This document shows positions 60,907 to 64,000 of a stretch of 64,000 nt of DNA, piece by piece. The notes beneath the pieces were generated by a model. The model was not told the origin of the DNA. It saw only the letters and a program-made list of their open reading frames with translations, and did no database searches. Where the stretch lies: assembly GCA_963818475.1 (NCBI GenBank), contig CAWFSF010000006.1, forward strand, positions 512,001 to 576,000, written 5' to 3'. The stretch comes from Nitrospirota bacterium. GTDB taxonomy: Bacteria; Nitrospirota; UBA9217. The translations under genes and the position numbers were made by a program. Numbering within the stretch: the stretch's first letter is position 1; each line of letters begins with the position of its first letter.

Positions 60907-62829
60907 ATGAATGAAATACACCTCAGGCTGCCTGACGGTTCGGAAAAAAAGTATGCCGCTGGCATCACCGGTCAGGAAGTTGCCGAGAAAATCGGCTCTC
61001 GCCTTGCAAAGGACGCGCTGGTTATCAAGATCAATGGCCAGTTGCAGGATCTAAAAACCCCCGTAGAACAGAATTCCTCGGTAGAGATCGTAACCTTTGA
61101 CGCCCAAGAGGGACAGTCCGTATACTGGCACAGCACAGCACACCTGTTGGCGCATGCGGTGAAGCAGCTGTATCCCCAAATAAAGCTTGCGATCGGTCCC
61201 GCGATCGAAGAGGGCTTTTACTACGACTTCGATTTCGAGCGGCCCTTTACGCCCGAGGACCTCTCAAAGATAGAAAAAAAGATGGCGGACCTGGCCAAAG
61301 CGGCAGCGCCGGTCGTCAGAAAAACACTTTCCAAGGCGGAAGCCCTGGCGTTCTTTCAAAACAGATCGGAAGACTACAAGGTAGAGCTTATCAACGAGCT
61401 CCCCGACGGCGACGTGATCTCGATCTACGAACAGGGCGATTTCGCCGACCTTTGCCGGGGGCCGCATGTTCCCTCAACGTCGAAGATCAAGGCCGTGAAG
61501 CTCCTCTCGGTGGCAGGCGCCTACTGGCGCGGCAGCGAGAAGAACAAGATGCTTCAGCGGATCTACGGCATCTCGTTCACGACCAAGGATGCGCTGGATG
61601 CCTATCTGACGAGGCTTGAGGAGATCAAGCGGCGCGACCACCGCAAGCTCGGCAAGGACCTGGACCTCTTCTCCGTGTCCGATGAGGTGGGCGGCGGGCT
61701 GGTCCTGTGGCATCCCCGGGGTGCGCTGATCAGGAAGACCATCGAGGATTTCTGGCGCGATGAACACCAGCGGAACGGCTACGATTTTGTCTATTCTCCC
61801 CATGTGGGCCGCGCCAATCTGTGGGAGACGTCGGGCCATCTCGGATTTTACCGGGAGAACATGTATTCCTCCATGGACGTGGAAGGGCAGGAGTATTATG
61901 TAAAACCGATGAACTGCCCGTTCCACATCATGATCTACAAGAACAAGCTCCGGTCGTACCGCGAGCTGCCGCTGCGCTACGCTGAGCTCGGCACCGTCTA
62001 CCGGTTCGAGCGCTCGGGCGTGTTGCACGGTCTGCTGCGCGTGCGTGGCTTTACGCAGGATGACGCCCATATCTTCGTGGCGCCGGAGGATATGGAAACA
62101 GAGGTTATCCGGGTCATCGGTTTTGTCGTAAAGATGCTCAGGACCTTCGGATTCGAGGATTTCAAGGCCTATATCGCGACCCGGCCGGAAAAGTCTGTCG
62201 GTGATAACGCAGTGTGGGATCAGGCAACGCAAGCACTTAAGGTTGCCGCTGAAAAGGTTAATCTCGGATACGAAATCGATGAAGGCGGCGGAGCATTCTA
62301 CGGCCCCAAGATCGATATCAAGATCAAGGATGCGCTGGGCAGGCTTTGGCAGTGCTCCACGGTCCAATTCGACTTCAACATGTCGGAGCGATTCGACATG
62401 AGCTTTACTGGCGTTGATAATCAGGCGCATCGACCCTATATGATCCATCGGGCGCTTTTAGGATCTATTGAACGCTTCTTCGGCATGCTGATCGAGCACT
62501 ATGCCGGGGCGTTCCCAGCCTGGCTGGCGCCGGTGCAGGCGAAAGTGATGTCCATCACGGACAAGCAGTTCGAGTATGCGAAGAGCGTGCGGGACCAGCT
62601 CCTTGCCGCGGGGATCCGGGCGGAGCTTGACTCCCGCTCGGAAAAGATCGGGTTCAAGATCCGGGAAGCGGCCATGGAAAAAGTCCCTTATATTCTTGTG
62701 GTCGGAGAAAAAGAAGTGGAGCAGAACGCTGTTGCGGTGCGCGAGCGCGGAGGCAAGGACCTCGGCGCCATGCCGCTTAATGAACTCATTTCGATCCTGC
62801 AGGAAAAGATCAGGAATAAAAGCAACTAA
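60907..62829 (+). CDS. thrS: Threonine--tRNA ligase
   Basis: TGS domain, HSTAH, DLCRGPH, KPMNCP, RVRGFTQDDAH, AFYGPK. Confidence 0.98.
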   Translation: MNEIHLRLPDGSEKKYAAGITGQEVAEKIGSRLAKDALVIKINGQLQDLKTPVEQNSSVEIVTFDAQEGQSVYWHSTAHLLAHAVKQLYPQIKLAIGPAIEEGFYYDFDFERPFTPEDLSKIEKKMADLAKAAAPVVRKTLSKAEALAFFQNRSEDYKVELINELPDGDVISIYEQGDFADLCRGPHVPSTSKIKAVKLLSVAGAYWRGSEKNKMLQRIYGISFTTKDALDAYLTRLEEIKRRDHRKLGKDLDLFSVSDEVGGGLVLWHPRGALIRKTIEDFWRDEHQRNGYDFVYSPHVGRANLWETSGHLGFYRENMYSSMDVEGQEYYVKPMNCPFHIMIYKNKLRSYRELPLRYAELGTVYRFERSGVLHGLLRVRGFTQDDAHIFVAPEDMETEVIRVIGFVVKMLRTFGFEDFKAYIATRPEKSVGDNAVWDQATQALKVAAEKVNLGYEIDEGGGAFYGPKIDIKIKDALGRLWQCSTVQFDFNMSERFDMSFTGVDNQAHRPYMIHRALLGSIERFFGMLIEHYAGAFPAWLAPVQAKVMSITDKQFEYAKSVRDQLLAAGIRAELDSRSEKIGFKIREAAMEKVPYILVVGEKEVEQNAVAVRERGGKDLGAMPLNELISILQEKIRNKSN

Positions 62830-62852
62830 ACAATCCGAGGGGGTGATTACGT

Positions 62853-63371
62853 ATCAGTAAAATTACAACAAGAATCAACTACATGATCAGAGTGAAGGAT
62901 GTTCGCGTTATTTCTTCCGAAGGCGAGCAGCTTGGGGTCATGCTCGTGCGGGATGCCATCAAGCAGGCCGAAGACCTGGGGCTGGATCTGGTCGAGGTTG
63001 CGCCGACGGCAAATCCTCCGGTCTGCCGCATCATGGATTTCGGAAAATATAAGTACGAAATGGCCAAAAAAGCGGCCGAATCCAGGAAGCACCAGACCGT
63101 CATCATCGTAAAGGAGATCAAGCTCCGGCCGAGGACGGACGATCATGATGTAGAGTTTAAGACCAATAATATCAAACGCTTCCTCGCAGAAGGCAATAAG
63201 GTCAAGGTGACCATCATGTTCCGCGGCCGGGAAATGGCCCACACCTCCTACGGCAGGGCGGTCTTGGACCGCATCCTGAAGGAGCTTGAGTCCGAGGCGA
63301 TTGTAGAACAGAACATTCGCATGGAAGGCAAGAACATGACACTGCTGCTCGGTCCCAAGACCAAGGTGTAA
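62853..63371 (+). CDS. infC: Translation initiation factor IF-3 (probable ATC start)
   Basis: DLVEVAP, PPVCRIMDFGK, FRGRE; SD GAGGGGGTGA precedes an in-frame ATC. Confidence 0.95.
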   Translation: MSKITTRINYMIRVKDVRVISSEGEQLGVMLVRDAIKQAEDLGLDLVEVAPTANPPVCRIMDFGKYKYEMAKKAAESRKHQTVIIVKEIKLRPRTDDHDVEFKTNNIKRFLAEGNKVKVTIMFRGREMAHTSYGRAVLDRILKELESEAIVEQNIRMEGKNMTLLLGPKTKV

Positions 63372-63490
63372 GAACGCGGGTGAGCTCGAATCATTCATAG
63401 GACATAGGAACAGAGAAGCATATCCTTCTCTGTCAATTATTCAAGAGACCCTGGTGGCAGATACCACGCAGATGTCGGAAAGGAAAGATC

Positions 63491-63697
63491 ATGGCTAAGC
63501 AGAAACTGAAGACCAACCGCAGCGCAGCCAAGCGGATGAAGGTGACCGCCTCGGGAAAAGTGAAGAGAGGCCAGGCCGGAAAGCGGCACCTCCTCACCTC
63601 GAAAGGCCCGTCGCGCAAGGGCAGCCTGAAAAAAAGCGTTCTTGTCGCCCCGGAGAATATGAAGAACGTAAGGCGGATGATGCCCTACGGGTTTTAA
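63491..63697 (+). CDS. rpmI: 50S ribosomal protein L35
   Basis: KLKTNRSAAKR...GKRHLL; infC-rpmI-rplT order. Confidence 0.95.
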   Translation: MAKQKLKTNRSAAKRMKVTASGKVKRGQAGKRHLLTSKGPSRKGSLKKSVLVAPENMKNVRRMMPYGF

Positions 63698-63805
63698 GGG
63701 CAGGCAGCTGTCTGCACCATACAATTCAGATTAGGGATGCAGGATGTCCTGTCTGAAAAAACATGAATCACGCATTCTGTGCAATGATTCAAGGAGGGAG
63801 AAAAT

Positions 63806-64000
63806 ATGCCGAGAGCAAAAGGCGGCCCCAAAACGCGGGCCAGAAGAAAACGGGTGCTCAACCTGGCAGAGGGATTCTGGGGAGCAAAGTCCAAGCTGTA
63901 CCGCTCCGCAACCGAAGCCGTTGATCGTGCACTTAAGTACGCCTACAGAGACCGGAAAGCCCGGAAAAGGGATTTCCGCAGGCTCTGGATTGCGCGCATC
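63806..64000 (+). CDS. rplT: 50S ribosomal protein L20, 3'-partial
   Basis: MPRAKGG...[21 protein letters not shown]. Confidence 0.95.
   Translation, partial: MPRAKGGPKTRARRKRVLNLAEGFWGAKSKLYRSATEAVDRALKYAYRDRKARKRDFRRLWIARI

Overview
Bacterial chromosomal window from a GC-rich, probably anaerobic, cytochrome-rich organism. Gene content and order suggest Nitrospirota or Desulfobacterota; this is inference. It carries housekeeping genes (hisS, eno, glgP, rpsF-ssb-rpsR, queF, tatA/C, mobB, hemL, thrS-infC-rpmI-rplT), four tRNAs (Sec, Pro, Arg, Val), an ECF sigma/anti-sigma locus and two multiheme cytochrome clusters. The main accessory feature is a 13.8-kb element integrated at tRNA-Arg(CCT) and bounded by a perfect 45-bp direct repeat (38808-38852 / 52631-52675). 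Its genes all lie on the minus strand. It encodes an integrase, an excisionase, two more tyrosine recombinases, a replication initiator, a Mor-type activator and a TA module. It also encodes a tape measure protein, a G/GT-type tail assembly chaperone pair and an HK97-gp10-like protein, but no recognisable capsid, portal, terminase, tail tube or lysis genes. It is a candidate tail-remodelling phage satellite. Upstream of its morphogenesis operon lies a ~310-nt region of three large hairpins whose interiors are mutually complementary, a candidate novel regulatory RNA. About a dozen genes are broken by single-base indels, most likely sequencing or assembly errors, so split genes are reported as single CDSs. 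All family assignments come from motif recognition by eye, not database searches.
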